From Bacteroidales bacterium (GTDB lineage: Bacteria; Bacteroidota; Bacteroidia; Bacteroidales; UBA3663): a DNA stretch of 64,000 nucleotides. Below, piece by piece: positions 1-10,634 of the stretch. A program made the translations under genes and the position numbers. A model generated the notes under the pieces. That model searched no databases, had not been told where the DNA came from, and saw only the letters and a program-made list of their open reading frames with translations. The DNA lies in NCBI GenBank assembly GCA_045576355.1, contig JAZNGG010000061.1, positions 63,727 through 127,726 on the forward strand, read 5' to 3'. The first letter of the stretch is position 1. Each line of letters begins with the position of its first letter.

Positions 1-2
1 GA

Positions 3-2354
3 TTGATCGGCGTGCCGGCATCTAATGGTATCCTGGTAAGTTGGCGCAAACGTGTTGCAGATGGACGTAACACTCAGTATCGTCTCTATCGTGATGGTGT
101 CGAAGTGACCGGATCACCTTTTACCAAGAGTAATTTCCTTGATGCTAAAGGTTCGACCTCTTCTACCTATTCGCTGGAGGTGGTTCGTGATGGAGAAATC
201 GTTGAACGTCAGGATAATGTGGCTGTATGGAGTAAAATTTATAAAAGATTGCCTCTGCAAACCCCAACTGATGAGAGAGGTTTAGGAGCGACATATACTC
301 CTAATGACTGCTCTGCTTATGACATGGATGGTGATGGGGAATACGAAATTATCGTCAAATGGGATCCTAATAATAGTAAGGACAGTGCCGGAAGCGGAAC
401 AACAAGTTCGGTTTATATAGACTGCTACAAGCTGGATGGTACACTCCTGTGGCGTATCAACTTAGGTCAGAACATCCGTGCCGGTGCGCATTATACGCAG
501 TTCCTCTGTTATGACTTTGATGGAGATGGATTTGGAGAGATGGTCGTTAAGACCGCTCCCGGAACGATCGATGGTGAGGGTAATTATGTCCTGATGGGAA
601 ATGATGATCCGAAGGCTAATTATGTAAATAGCAAAGGTCACATTACTTCCGGTCCTGAGTATCTGACAATTTTTGATGGTGTCAATGGTGCTGCTATCCA
701 CACCGTCAAATATGAGCCGGCTTATGGTGATGTGAGTACATCGGTCTGGGGAGATTCTAATGCCAATCGTTCAGATCGTTATAGAGCTTGTGTCGCATTT
801 TTGGATGGTGAGCATCCGAGTGCTGTAATGATGAGAGGTTATTATGCCGGTAGTTTTGCAGCTGCATACGACTTCGACGGACAGCAGCTCATCAAACGAT
901 GGTATCATAATTCTTCGACTAAAAACAAAGGTACATATGGCGAAGGCCATCACAGTGTGACGGTCGGCGATGTCGATGGAGACGGATGTGACGAAATTAT
1001 CGTCGGTTCAGCATGTATCGACCATGACGGAAGCACGCTTTGGCGTGGTGGTACCGGACATGGTGATGCGCTCCATCTCGGAGATTTTGATTTGGACCAT
1101 GAGGGTATGGAGGTGTTTGCTGTCTATGAGAGTGAAACTGCTGCCTATGATGTCTCTCTGCGTGACGCGAAAACCGGAAAGGTATTGGCTTCTACTCCTC
1201 AGACCAACTCTGACACCGGACGCGGACTGATTCTCGATTGTGACTCTAAACACGAGGGAGCAGAGTTTTTCCACTCTTCGTCTTCCAGCCTGTATAATGT
1301 TAAGGGACAAGTGATTTGCCCGTGGCAAAATGGTACGGTATCCTCTTCGTCCATCAATTATCGTATCTATTGGACCGGAGATCTCTATGATGAGTATCAT
1401 GACCGTCAGCACATTGACAAATGGGATAGTGAATATCAATCTTATGGACGAACAATCACTCTGTATAATGAGGGAGGAGCTTCTTCGATCAATGGATCTA
1501 AGTATAATCCCAATCTGCAGGCAGACTTGTTTGGAGACTGGCGTGAGGAGGCCATCTATTGGGTGACCAATGAGGATGGATCTCACTCTTTGACTATCTT
1601 CTCTACCAATCATCCTTCTGATTATTCTCTCCCGACACTTAGAGATGATCATGTCTATGACATGGCGATCGTATGGCAGAATGTCGGTTATAATCAGCCC
1701 CCTCATCTCTCTTATAGTCCGATCGACTATTATACCATCAAGAAAGAGGCTCCCGTTGAAGAACAATGGATTCCTTTCTACTCGGACTATAAAGTTGATC
1801 TTCCCGAGGATGTGGAGGTTTATATCGTCAATACATATAGCAAGACCGGTAGTAATGACACAGTGTCGCTTAAACACATAGAGACAGACTATATACCTGC
1901 TGCCAAGCCTGTTTTGCTTCGTTACACCGGAAATAATGCAGGACAGCTTCGTTTCAAGCCTTCTGATAATTCGACTGCTGTCAGCGGTATGACTACCAAT
2001 TACCTCAGAGGTATCGCATATGAGGGAACGGTTACATCTACCTTCGGTACGATTACTAACGGAGAACGTTTTTATGAATTCCGCCATGACGAAACTCTCG
2101 GTTATGGTTATTTCGCTATCGAGAGTAAACTCTTCGGTGATAATACATCATACTTGCGTATGAAACAGACTAAATCCTTCACACCGGCAGATTATTATCT
2201 GTTGGGACGTCCTTATAACAACACTACAGCGATAGAATCCATCCGCACCGATGCCATCGGTGAGGGAGAAGTATTTGATCTCATGGGAAGGAAAGTGATT
2301 CGAGTGGAAAAAGGTTTCTACCTGATTGGAGGAAAGAAGGTTTTGGTAAAATAA
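3..2354 (+). CDS. Rhamnogalacturonan lyase, PL11 (YesW-like beta-propeller), 5'-truncated by the window edge, with a T9SS C-terminal sorting domain
   Basis: The ORF is open to the window start. 'NDCSAYDMDGDGEYEIIVKWDPNNSKD' and 'LWRINLGQNIRAGAHYTQF..YDFDGDG' match my recollection of Bacillus YesW/YesX PL11 lyases. DxDGDG blade motifs recur. The last ~80 aa ('..GEVFDLMGRKVIRVEKGFYLIGGKKVLVK') look like a Por/T9SS CTD. Confidence 0.75.
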   Translation: MIGVPASNGILVSWRKRVADGRNTQYRLYRDGVEVTGSPFTKSNFLDAKGSTSSTYSLEVVRDGEIVERQDNVAVWSKIYKRLPLQTPTDERGLGATYTPNDCSAYDMDGDGEYEIIVKWDPNNSKDSAGSGTTSSVYIDCYKLDGTLLWRINLGQNIRAGAHYTQFLCYDFDGDGFGEMVVKTAPGTIDGEGNYVLMGNDDPKANYVNSKGHITSGPEYLTIFDGVNGAAIHTVKYEPAYGDVSTSVWGDSNANRSDRYRACVAFLDGEHPSAVMMRGYYAGSFAAAYDFDGQQLIKRWYHNSSTKNKGTYGEGHHSVTVGDVDGDGCDEIIVGSACIDHDGSTLWRGGTGHGDALHLGDFDLDHEGMEVFAVYESETAAYDVSLRDAKTGKVLASTPQTNSDTGRGLILDCDSKHEGAEFFHSSSSSLYNVKGQVICPWQNGTVSSSSINYRIYWTGDLYDEYHDRQHIDKWDSEYQSYGRTITLYNEGGASSINGSKYNPNLQADLFGDWREEAIYWVTNEDGSHSLTIFSTNHPSDYSLPTLRDDHVYDMAIVWQNVGYNQPPHLSYSPIDYYTIKKEAPVEEQWIPFYSDYKVDLPEDVEVYIVNTYSKTGSNDTVSLKHIETDYIPAAKPVLLRYTGNNAGQLRFKPSDNSTAVSGMTTNYLRGIAYEGTVTSTFGTITNGERFYEFRHDETLGYGYFAIESKLFGDNTSYLRMKQTKSFTPADYYLLGRPYNNTTAIESIRTDAIGEGEVFDLMGRKVIRVEKGFYLIGGKKVLVK

Positions 2355-2448
2355 TTGCTGTATATTGAATTAAGTATTATTTCTATTACTGGATATTAAT
2401 TCCATTCAGCAGCCTATTCTCAAAATAGTTAAGCCATTTATTAACGAT

Positions 2449-5400
2449 ATGAAATTGTTCCATTTCTTTAGAATTTGCACTGCCAAGTCTATCCTATCAT
2501 TGGCTTGTCTGTTATGTAGTTTCGCATTTGCGTATGCGGATAATAATTCTGTGCCGGTCGTAACGCACTCCGGTGGTGTGGCAGAGGTGCCGGAATTGTT
2601 TATTATAAATTCTACTAACGAAAGATTTGTTTGGAGCCGCGCTATCATATCGTCTGTGCGAGAAGTTTCAAGCAAAAATAGACAGTTTATAGTGAAAGAG
2701 GTGCACATGAATAGCTCTTGGATCACCAATGATTCGATTTATGATATTGTCAAAGAGCATGTTCTGTCCTTTACACAAGGGCGCCGACCATTTTGCCTCC
2801 TCTTATTGGGAGAAATGGCTTTTACTTTGAGAGAAGAACTGATGGCTAAATGGGGGAATGATATCCCGATGGTATTTGTGTCAGATAATGATACGTACGC
2901 GCCTAAAAATCATTATTACACTCCCTCAGAAGGCGTAGATACACATTCTTTTGGAGCCAATGCGTTGACTTCGATTAATAAGTTGAGACCGGCTTGTAAC
3001 TTTACTTTTGTAGAGTCTCCTTCGTTTTATCGAGCCACTATCGATATGATGATGAAGATGATGCCGGGAACGCAGAGGTTTGTGTTTGTAGCGGATAACC
3101 TCTATTTCAATCGCCGATTGGATCAACTGATACAGTCTTATTTGAATGTCCATTATCCGGAGGTGACTTATGAGCGTATCCGTGCTAATGCAGATAATAT
3201 TTCGATCTTGCAGCAACGCATCCAACATCGCGATTTGACTACAGGAATGCTATTTTCATCATGGAACTATCGTCACCAGGAGTTGATGGGTAATACGATT
3301 TACTCCGGAAATGAGGAACTCTTTGATGCTTCTCAGCAGCCGATTTTTACCCTTTGGAGAGGTTTCTTCAATACGGGTGCTTTTGTAGGAGGTTGTTTTG
3401 CCAATGACGAAGAGATCAATCGGGTCATAAATAAAACGATCATGCGTGTGCTCAATGGTGAGCAACCGAGAGAAATACCGTTTTACTTGGCAGATATAAC
3501 ATCTTCTATACCTCATGTATCCAAAGCTCGCTTGTTGCAATGCGGGTTGAGTGAAACCAGATGCCCTCAGGATGTAGTCTTCCTCGAAGGTGCCCAGGAG
3601 AGTCAGGACAGACCGGTGTGGTGGTTGATGATTTTTGTCACATTGCTCATGATTGGTATCATGGTTTATTACACGGTTGGTAAAATAATCAGTAATAAAA
3701 AGGCTCTCAATGAAAGAAATCGTTGGGTGCGTAAATTGCCGGTACTTTATGCTCGAACCAAGGCTACTTTTGATACAGAGGGTAATGTGGTAGATTTGAA
3801 TCTTCTTTATTGCAACGAGCCTTTTGAAAGTATCATCTCTCCGTTGTCCGGAGGTTTTACAGATCAAAAGAAAGGATTTATCGATAAGGTAAATCAAGCG
3901 CGAGAAGAGGGACGACCCGTCACTTCGGTTTACTCATTGGCCAATGGGAGAGTTTTGGAGTTTATTTATCAAGCCCCGGACGCTGATGGAGTTGTGGATG
4001 TGTTTGGCATGGATGCCACTCGTCAAGTCGTGGCCGAATCATCTCTTACTAAGGTGCAACGGAAACTGCATCTGATGGCTGATCGTATTAAGGTTTTAGC
4101 TTTCAGATGGGACATTGCTAATAAGGTAGTTATTTTTGATGCTCCATATAAGGCGGTAGAGAATTTTAATTTAACACGTCTGACCGGTTCTACAGAGAGT
4201 ACACAGATATTTTCAGCCGAAGAATTTTTAGGAAATATCTATTTCGAAGAAAGAGGAGAATTTAAGCAGGCAGTAGATAGCTTCTCATTGGGTAAGCAAA
4301 AGAACAAGGAGTTTTCTAAAGAACTTCGTTTAGCAACTAAAGAGGGTTTGCAGAATGGTAATCAAGAGTGGGCTGAGGTGGTAATGTTCCCCGATCAATC
4401 AGATGAATGTGGTATTCCGGCTTTTCTGCTCGGATTTATACATTTTATTACAGACCGTAAAAAGTATGAAATGGCTTTGGTGGATGCAGTGAAGAAAGCC
4501 GAAAATTCAGAACAGATGAAGTCTGCTTATCTCGCCAATATGAGTCATGAGATACGCACACCGCTTAATTCTATCATTGGTTTTTCTTCACTATTAGCCT
4601 CTACAGAAGATCCGGCAGAAAAGAAAGAATATTCCTCTTTAGTGGAATATAATGGACAATTGCTGCTTCAGTTGATCGATGATGTTTTGGATCTTGCCAA
4701 GATTGAGTCTAACACTGTGAAATTTGATTATCGTGAGGTAGATTTAAATGCTTTGCTTCATAATGTTGGCAATACGATCCAGGGACGCTTACATCCGGGA
4801 GTGAAATTAGAGTGTTTGCCAGGTGAGGTTGCTCTTACGATGAATACTGATTCTAATCGCTTGTCGCAGATCCTTATCAACTTCTTGACCAATGCTGCTA
4901 AGTTTACAAAGAAAGGTTTTATCCGATTTGGATATGAATTGCGAGGGGATAAGATCTATTTGTTTGTAACAGATACGGGACGGGGTATTTCTCCGGAAGA
5001 ACAAGAAACGGTTTTCCGTCGTTTCGTCAAGTTGGATAGCGATCAAGCCGGTAGTGGTTTAGGTTTGTCGATTTCTAAGCATTTGACCGAACGTATGGGA
5101 GGTGAAATCGGTATGCATAGTGCAGGTATCGGACGAGGTTCGACTTTCTGGGTTCTTTTGCCATTTGGAGGAGACGTTCCGGTAAATAATGATGATCAGA
5201 TCGAAGAGGTCAATGAGAAAACGGAGGAAGAGAGAGCACAAACTGTCGTAACGCAAACTATCTCTAAATCTAAGAACCAAGCAACGATACTTGTAGCAGA
5301 AGATAATGATAACAATTATCTGCTATTTAAGTCTATTTTGAGTAAAGAGTATAATTTGGTCCATGCTAAAGATGGTGTTGAGGCTGTAGAACTATTTAAA

Positions 5401-5637
5401 GAACATCAGCCCAATTTGGTGCTTATGGATATCAGTATGCCTCGTATGGATGGAAAGGAAGCAACAAGAGAAATACGCAAAATTTCCACTACAGTTCCGA
5501 TCATTGCTGTAACAGCATTTGCTTTTGTCGCAAATAAAACCGAGATTATGAAAAATGGTTTCAGTGATTTTCTGTCTAAACCTATTAATGTCCAAAAGTT
5601 GAGGGATGTTGTCAAAGGTTATTTAGGTACACCTTGA
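2449..5637 (+). CDS. Hybrid sensor histidine kinase / response regulator with a large extracytoplasmic sensor domain
   Basis: Signal-like N-terminus, a ~360-aa N-terminal domain, then TM 'VWWLMIFVTLLMIGIMVYYTV'. H-box 'MSHEIRTPLNSIIGFSSLL'; ATPase boxes 'NFLTNAAKFT', 'DTGRGI', 'GSGLGLSI'. C-terminal receiver 'ILVAEDNDNNY..VLMDISMPRMDG..SKP'. Confidence 0.85.
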   Translation: MKLFHFFRICTAKSILSLACLLCSFAFAYADNNSVPVVTHSGGVAEVPELFIINSTNERFVWSRAIISSVREVSSKNRQFIVKEVHMNSSWITNDSIYDIVKEHVLSFTQGRRPFCLLLLGEMAFTLREELMAKWGNDIPMVFVSDNDTYAPKNHYYTPSEGVDTHSFGANALTSINKLRPACNFTFVESPSFYRATIDMMMKMMPGTQRFVFVADNLYFNRRLDQLIQSYLNVHYPEVTYERIRANADNISILQQRIQHRDLTTGMLFSSWNYRHQELMGNTIYSGNEELFDASQQPIFTLWRGFFNTGAFVGGCFANDEEINRVINKTIMRVLNGEQPREIPFYLADITSSIPHVSKARLLQCGLSETRCPQDVVFLEGAQESQDRPVWWLMIFVTLLMIGIMVYYTVGKIISNKKALNERNRWVRKLPVLYARTKATFDTEGNVVDLNLLYCNEPFESIISPLSGGFTDQKKGFIDKVNQAREEGRPVTSVYSLANGRVLEFIYQAPDADGVVDVFGMDATRQVVAESSLTKVQRKLHLMADRIKVLAFRWDIANKVVIFDAPYKAVENFNLTRLTGSTESTQIFSAEEFLGNIYFEERGEFKQAVDSFSLGKQKNKEFSKELRLATKEGLQNGNQEWAEVVMFPDQSDECGIPAFLLGFIHFITDRKKYEMALVDAVKKAENSEQMKSAYLANMSHEIRTPLNSIIGFSSLLASTEDPAEKKEYSSLVEYNGQLLLQLIDDVLDLAKIESNTVKFDYREVDLNALLHNVGNTIQGRLHPGVKLECLPGEVALTMNTDSNRLSQILINFLTNAAKFTKKGFIRFGYELRGDKIYLFVTDTGRGISPEEQETVFRRFVKLDSDQAGSGLGLSISKHLTERMGGEIGMHSAGIGRGSTFWVLLPFGGDVPVNNDDQIEEVNEKTEEERAQTVVTQTISKSKNQATILVAEDNDNNYLLFKSILSKEYNLVHAKDGVEAVELFKEHQPNLVLMDISMPRMDGKEATREIRKISTTVPIIAVTAFAFVANKTEIMKNGFSDFLSKPINVQKLRDVVKGYLGTP

Positions 5638-5727
5638 CACATTTCCTACCAGAAGAAGACTGCTTCTTTTGTCCATTAAGCAAGGAAATTATTGTTGTCG
5701 ATTAATGTCTTACAAACAAATAATATT

Positions 5728-7746
5728 ATGAGGAAAGAGAGACTTTCCCCGCAGATCAGATCTTTTTTTAGACGAGCATTGTCTCTATTCGCTTGTTTAG
5801 GACTATGCATGTGTTCTTATGCTCAGTATTTTAGCGAAAATGTCTTTTTTTCGGTAAATTCAGATAGTCTGCTTGTATCTTACTCTAAGAGTGTCTTAAA
5901 GGAGGCTTATAATGAGCGATACTTACCTATGTCCGATACCCTCTATCATATGGCAGAGGAGCAGAATGACGTGCCGATGATGTTGGTCGCTTTAAGTAAT
6001 AAGGTGGACTATTATTATTATTTCCGCTCAGACAACAAAGATAGTTTGTTCTATTATTTGGATAGGACTATGAGCATGGCTAAGGAGAATAATATGCAGT
6101 CAGAATATTATTTTATCTGGGGCAAGCGAAAGATTGCTTATTATGTACGCAATAATTTTTATAATATAGCTCTGTCTGAAGCAGAGAAGATGTTAGAGGA
6201 GGCCAGAGATCAAGGAAATACCGATGGCCTAATAAATGCTTATGCGACAGTCGGATCTATATATGCACGTTGGCAATTATATCCGATGGCTATTGATGCC
6301 ATAGAAGGAGAGTTGAACGTATTGCGTGAGTTTAAGGGAGATACGGACAATCTTTCAGCCATCTATTCTCGTTTAGCGAGGTTGTATATTACTGTCGCTA
6401 ACTATGATAAGGCTCGTGAGACATTGAAGTTGTGTTATGAAACCATCCGGACGGATTGGCATAGATATTATTATTATTTACGACTCTCTGAACTCTATTT
6501 GGCATGTGATGCAGATGTATTGGCTCAAGAGAATCTTGCTTTGGCAAAACGTTTATTGGATGAGAGTCCCTCTCTTTATCGAGCTTCCGGGACTTATTAT
6601 GCCTCTATGGTTGTCTTTTATGACTCTACTCGTCAGTATAAAAAGGCAATTGATATTTTGGAATCGTCTTCAGAACATCCTCTCTTTTCTCCTTACGAGG
6701 ACCTTTTGCATCGTGCCGAATTATATGAAAAAGTAGGGAAATATAAAACTGCAACTCGTTATTATCGCAATTTGTGCCTGCTTAGCGACTCTATACATAG
6801 TAATAATGCAGATCGTGCGGTTAATGAGTTTGGTGTATTGTTAGGGGTCAATCAATTGGAAGAGACTAATACCCGCCTACAAGAAAGCATTGATTCTACT
6901 AATTTTAACCATCGCTTGATCTTTGTTATTATTATAGTCTTATTTTTGATTGTTGTTTGTGTCTTTCTTTATATCGAGCACCGTGCACACAGTAGATTGA
7001 AAAAGGCATATCGAGTTGTAACCGAAGCGAAAGATTTAGCTGAGGATGCGAGAGAAAAGATGGAGCAAACTAACCACATGAAGAGCGAGTTTATCCGTAA
7101 TATGAGTCACGAGATACGTACACCTTTGAATGCTATAGCCGGTTTCTCCCAATTGCTTTCATCGACAACCCATGTCTCACCCGAAACGCAAAAATATGCT
7201 GAAATCATCAGCAAAAATACTGATGATTTACTTCATTTATTGGAGAATATCATGGATCTGTCAGACTTGAGAAGCGGAGCAGATATCCTTACCAATATTG
7301 AGGTGGAAGCTACTTCCCTATGTAAGGAAGTTGTTGCTGCTTTCCAGGATTATCTCCTTCCGGGTGTAGAAATGAGACTTGCAATCCCAGAGGGAGTAAA
7401 GTATTATTTCCATTCTAATCCGGATCGAATACGTCAAGTGTTAAGTCAATTGCTGGAGAATGCAACTAAGTTTACACAAGTCGGGTTTATTGAGTTGAAC
7501 TGGACGTACGATTATGAGGGACATAACGTTATATTTACTGTGACAGATACCGGTCCGGGAATCCCAAATGATAAACGAGAAGATTTGTTCGAGCAATTCA
7601 AAAATGAGGATCCGTTCTCTCAGGGAGCAGGGTTGAGTCTTTCGCTGTGCTATATCTTAGTAGAGAGGTTAGGAGGACATTTGCTCTATGATGAGCAATA
7701 TGATTGCGGTTCACGTTTTATTATAAAACTTCCTGCAGACAAGTAA
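5728..7746 (+). CDS. Sensor histidine kinase with TPR-like N-terminal domain (no receiver)
   Basis: The ATG at 5728 (MRKERLS..) is preferred over the track start at 5692. Y-rich helical-repeat N-terminal region, TM 'LIFVIIIVLFLIVVCVFLYI', H-box 'MSHEIRTPLNAIAGFSQLL', 'DTGPGIP', 'GAGLSLSL'. Confidence 0.8.
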   Translation: MRKERLSPQIRSFFRRALSLFACLGLCMCSYAQYFSENVFFSVNSDSLLVSYSKSVLKEAYNERYLPMSDTLYHMAEEQNDVPMMLVALSNKVDYYYYFRSDNKDSLFYYLDRTMSMAKENNMQSEYYFIWGKRKIAYYVRNNFYNIALSEAEKMLEEARDQGNTDGLINAYATVGSIYARWQLYPMAIDAIEGELNVLREFKGDTDNLSAIYSRLARLYITVANYDKARETLKLCYETIRTDWHRYYYYLRLSELYLACDADVLAQENLALAKRLLDESPSLYRASGTYYASMVVFYDSTRQYKKAIDILESSSEHPLFSPYEDLLHRAELYEKVGKYKTATRYYRNLCLLSDSIHSNNADRAVNEFGVLLGVNQLEETNTRLQESIDSTNFNHRLIFVIIIVLFLIVVCVFLYIEHRAHSRLKKAYRVVTEAKDLAEDAREKMEQTNHMKSEFIRNMSHEIRTPLNAIAGFSQLLSSTTHVSPETQKYAEIISKNTDDLLHLLENIMDLSDLRSGADILTNIEVEATSLCKEVVAAFQDYLLPGVEMRLAIPEGVKYYFHSNPDRIRQVLSQLLENATKFTQVGFIELNWTYDYEGHNVIFTVTDTGPGIPNDKREDLFEQFKNEDPFSQGAGLSLSLCYILVERLGGHLLYDEQYDCGSRFIIKLPADK

Positions 7747-7811
7747 CGTGTGTAGAAAATGTTATTTCGACATTTTTTAATATTTGTACATTATTACAGA
7801 GATATTTTGAA

Positions 7812-8525
7812 ATGAAGCTTTATGTAGTTCCTACTCCGGTAGGCAATCTTGAAGATATGACTTTGCGAGCAATCCGCATCTTAAAAGAGGCAGATTTGAT
7901 CTTGGCTGAGGATACTCGTACAAGCAGTGTTTTGATGAAGCACTTTGAGATATCTTGTCCTATGCAGAGCCATCATAAGTTTAATGAACATGAAACGTCA
8001 GCAACCTTAGCAGAACGGATTGCAGGAGGTCTGAATGTAGCGATCGTTTCCGATGCCGGGACACCCGGAATTTCTGATCCGGGATTTATGTTGATCAGAG
8101 AGTGTATCAAATGGGGCGTTGAGGTCGAATGTCTTCCGGGTGCAACTGCTTTCGTTCCGGCTTTAGTGCAAAGTGGTTTGCCTTGCGATAAGTTTTGCTT
8201 TGAAGGCTTTCTGCCACAGAAGAAAGGTCGGGAAACTCGAATGAAACTTTTAGCAACAGAACCTCGTACAATGATCTTTTATGAGAGTCCCTATCGATTG
8301 CTCAGAACTTTGCAGCAGATGTCTTTGATAATGGGGGTAGAACGTCCCGCAGCTGTGTCTCGGGAAATTTCTAAACTCCATGCAGAAACTGTGCGAGGAA
8401 CCTTAGGTGAACTGATTTCCCATTTTACAGAAAAAGAACCCAAAGGTGAGATTGTATTGTTAGTGGGAGGTGCACCTGAACCTGAGAAAACAGTCAAACG
8501 TAATAAATATAAGGATAAAGAATAA
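7812..8525 (+). CDS. rsmI: 16S rRNA (cytidine1402-2'-O)-methyltransferase RsmI
   Basis: 'MKLYVVPTPVGNLEDMTLRAIRILKEADLILAEDTR' is the typical RsmI N-terminus. The 36 upstream codons in the track overlap the kinase gene, so the ATG at 7812 was chosen. Confidence 0.9.
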   Translation: MKLYVVPTPVGNLEDMTLRAIRILKEADLILAEDTRTSSVLMKHFEISCPMQSHHKFNEHETSATLAERIAGGLNVAIVSDAGTPGISDPGFMLIRECIKWGVEVECLPGATAFVPALVQSGLPCDKFCFEGFLPQKKGRETRMKLLATEPRTMIFYESPYRLLRTLQQMSLIMGVERPAAVSREISKLHAETVRGTLGELISHFTEKEPKGEIVLLVGGAPEPEKTVKRNKYKDKE

Positions 8526-8655
8526 TTGTCGAATTGAGTACAAGTGATATAGATTATATATTATTAACCACGGTGAAATCAAGACTATGACATTATCTAT
8601 TTAGTCTTATTATGATAGATGTTTTGATAACACCTTTATAAAAATATTTAGAACT

Positions 8656-9516
8656 ATGAAAAAAATGTTTTTTGCCGTTTTGGCTTTGTCTTTAGTTTTG
8701 TTTGCTTCTTGTGGACCATCTACTAAAGAGCAGTTGAAGGTTGCTCAAGCAACAGCCGACAGTCTGATGATGCAGACTTTCCAACAACAAAATGAGATTG
8801 CCGATCTTATTGCAACTTTAACAGAGGTCAGTGATAGTTTAGATCATATCAATGGCGCGATTACGGTCAATAATGAAGATGGAACCCTTTTGAGCATTCG
8901 TGAACGTCTATTGCTTCGCATCAGTGATATACAACGTCGTATTGAGGCTAAGCAAAAAGCGATTGATGACTTGCAAAATAAGTACTCAAAGCAACTTGCT
9001 AAGAATAAAGAATTGCAAAAGACTATCGCACGAATGGAGGGCGAAATCAAACAATATATAGCTACTATTCAGGAATTTGAGGAAAAAGTAAATGCTAAGA
9101 ATGTTGAGATCGAAAAACTCAGTCTCGACTTAACCTCTGTGCGTGCCGATCTTCAAACAATGTCAGATGAGAACGAAGGCAATAAGCAGGTAGTTGCCGC
9201 TCAAGATGTTATGCTTAATAGTGGCTTTTACGTGATTGGGACGAAGAAAGAATTAAAGAAAGCCGGATTAGTAAAAGATAACGTATTTACTGCAGCAAAG
9301 ATCAATACAGAAGGAATGAGTTCCGAATTATTCAAACAAATTGATATTCGCGAAGTTACAGAAATACCTTTGGGTAGTAAAGATGCTAAGGTGTTATCTG
9401 CCATGCCTGAAACTTCTTATGAGATCGTAAAGGATTATGATAAAACACTTAAACTTGTTATCAAAGATCCTGTACAATTCTGGAGCATAACCCGCTATTT
9501 GGTTGTGATGATTTAA
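8656..9516 (+). CDS. Coiled-coil lipoprotein, function unknown
   Basis: Lipobox 'LFASCG'. A long heptad-like Q/K/E/L-rich central region. No catalytic motif recognised. Confidence 0.5.
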   Translation: MKKMFFAVLALSLVLFASCGPSTKEQLKVAQATADSLMMQTFQQQNEIADLIATLTEVSDSLDHINGAITVNNEDGTLLSIRERLLLRISDIQRRIEAKQKAIDDLQNKYSKQLAKNKELQKTIARMEGEIKQYIATIQEFEEKVNAKNVEIEKLSLDLTSVRADLQTMSDENEGNKQVVAAQDVMLNSGFYVIGTKKELKKAGLVKDNVFTAAKINTEGMSSELFKQIDIREVTEIPLGSKDAKVLSAMPETSYEIVKDYDKTLKLVIKDPVQFWSITRYLVVMI

Positions 9517-9561
9517 AATCGATCTATAAATCGGTAAATTAAAATTTAGACAGATTAGGAG

Positions 9562-10479
9562 ATGCCTTTAAAATTGCCTAAAAATCTGCCTGCTATCGAA
9601 GCATTGAAAGCAGAAAACATATTTGTGATGGACTCTGATCGAGCATCGGAACAGGATATTCGCCCATTGAAAATAGCGATATTAAACCTTATGCCCATCA
9701 AGGAGCAGACCGAAAATGACCTTATTCGTCTGCTCTCTAATACTCCTTTACAATTAGAGATCGAGTTTATGATGATCCCTCAGCATATCTCCAAAAATAC
9801 GGCTGCCTCTCATATGAAATTATTTTACACACCATTTGAAGAGATGAAGCAGCATAAGTATGATGGAATGATTATCACCGGGGCACCACTCGAACACATG
9901 GATTTTGAACAGGTCTCTTATTGGCCTATATTGACAGAAATATTTGATTGGGCTAAGACGCATGTTACATCGACCATGTATATCTGTTGGGCAGCTCAAG
10001 CCGGAATGTATCATTTTTATGGGGTGCCCAAATATCCGCTGGACAAAAAGATGTTTGGGATCTTTAAGCACCATAGTTATGACCCATCTTCGCCAATATT
10101 TAGAGGTTTTGATGATGAGTTTTATGTGCCTCATAGCCGACATAGCGAAGTGCGTAGCGAGGATATAAAAAAACACACAGAACTTACTATTTTGAGCGAA
10201 AGCAAAGAGAGCGGTGTCTATATGGTTTCTGCTCGTGGAGGAAGAGAGTTGTTTGTCACAGGACACTTGGAGTATGCTCCGGATACTCTTGACACAGAAT
10301 ATAAACGTGATCTGTCTAAAGGACTTCCCATTGAAATGCCGGTTAACTATTATCGAGACAATGATCCGAATAAATTACCTTTGGTCAGATGGCGCTCGAC
10401 AGCGAACTTATTGTTTGCAAATTGGTTAAATTATTATGTATATCAACCCACTCCTTATAACATTGATGATATAAAATAA
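9562..10479 (+). CDS. metA: Homoserine O-acyltransferase (MetA family)
   Basis: N-terminus 'MPLKLPKNLPAIEALKAENIFVM', 'LKIAILNLMP.K..TE', 'DGMIITGAP' and 'CWAAQAG' with the catalytic Cys context are typical of MetA. Confidence 0.9.
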   Translation: MPLKLPKNLPAIEALKAENIFVMDSDRASEQDIRPLKIAILNLMPIKEQTENDLIRLLSNTPLQLEIEFMMIPQHISKNTAASHMKLFYTPFEEMKQHKYDGMIITGAPLEHMDFEQVSYWPILTEIFDWAKTHVTSTMYICWAAQAGMYHFYGVPKYPLDKKMFGIFKHHSYDPSSPIFRGFDDEFYVPHSRHSEVRSEDIKKHTELTILSESKESGVYMVSARGGRELFVTGHLEYAPDTLDTEYKRDLSKGLPIEMPVNYYRDNDPNKLPLVRWRSTANLLFANWLNYYVYQPTPYNIDDIK

Positions 10480-10575
10480 GGAGAATAGCTACGAAAACAG
10501 CAAGAGTTTAGCATATTTTAAAATTGTATTCGATTTTTTATGTGTTAAACTCTTGTTGATTTTAACTAAACCAAC

Positions 10576-10583
10576 TACATTTG
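10576..10583 (+). promoter_or_regulatory. Bacteroidota -7 promoter box (TACATTTG) for the moxR-bat operon
   Basis: Exact match to TAnnTTTG, 52 nt upstream of the moxR ATG. Confidence 0.45.
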
Positions 10584-10634
10584 CTGAAATTTTCATGATA
10601 TAATAAAAAATATATATATAAAAGTCGTAAAATT

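Noticed and set aside
1008-2087. Long antisense ORFs inside large genes, e.g. 1008..2087 (-), 3259..3897 (-), 19822..20418 (+), 48071..48538 (-), 52404..53033 (-) and many 60-130-aa ORFs
   Set aside because: Each lies fully inside a longer ORF on the opposite strand that has clear family motifs. Their translations are low-complexity or I/R/S-rich with no recognisable domain, so they are shadow ORFs.
7704-7811. N-terminal extensions in the ORF track: rsmI from 7704, nagB from 61793, GH43 from 29856, batE from 18338, DUF3990 from 60877, and TTG starts at 15615, 37382 and 58695
   Set aside because: The extensions overlap upstream genes or promoter boxes and lack homology-like sequence. Internal ATGs restore canonical N-termini or signal peptides.
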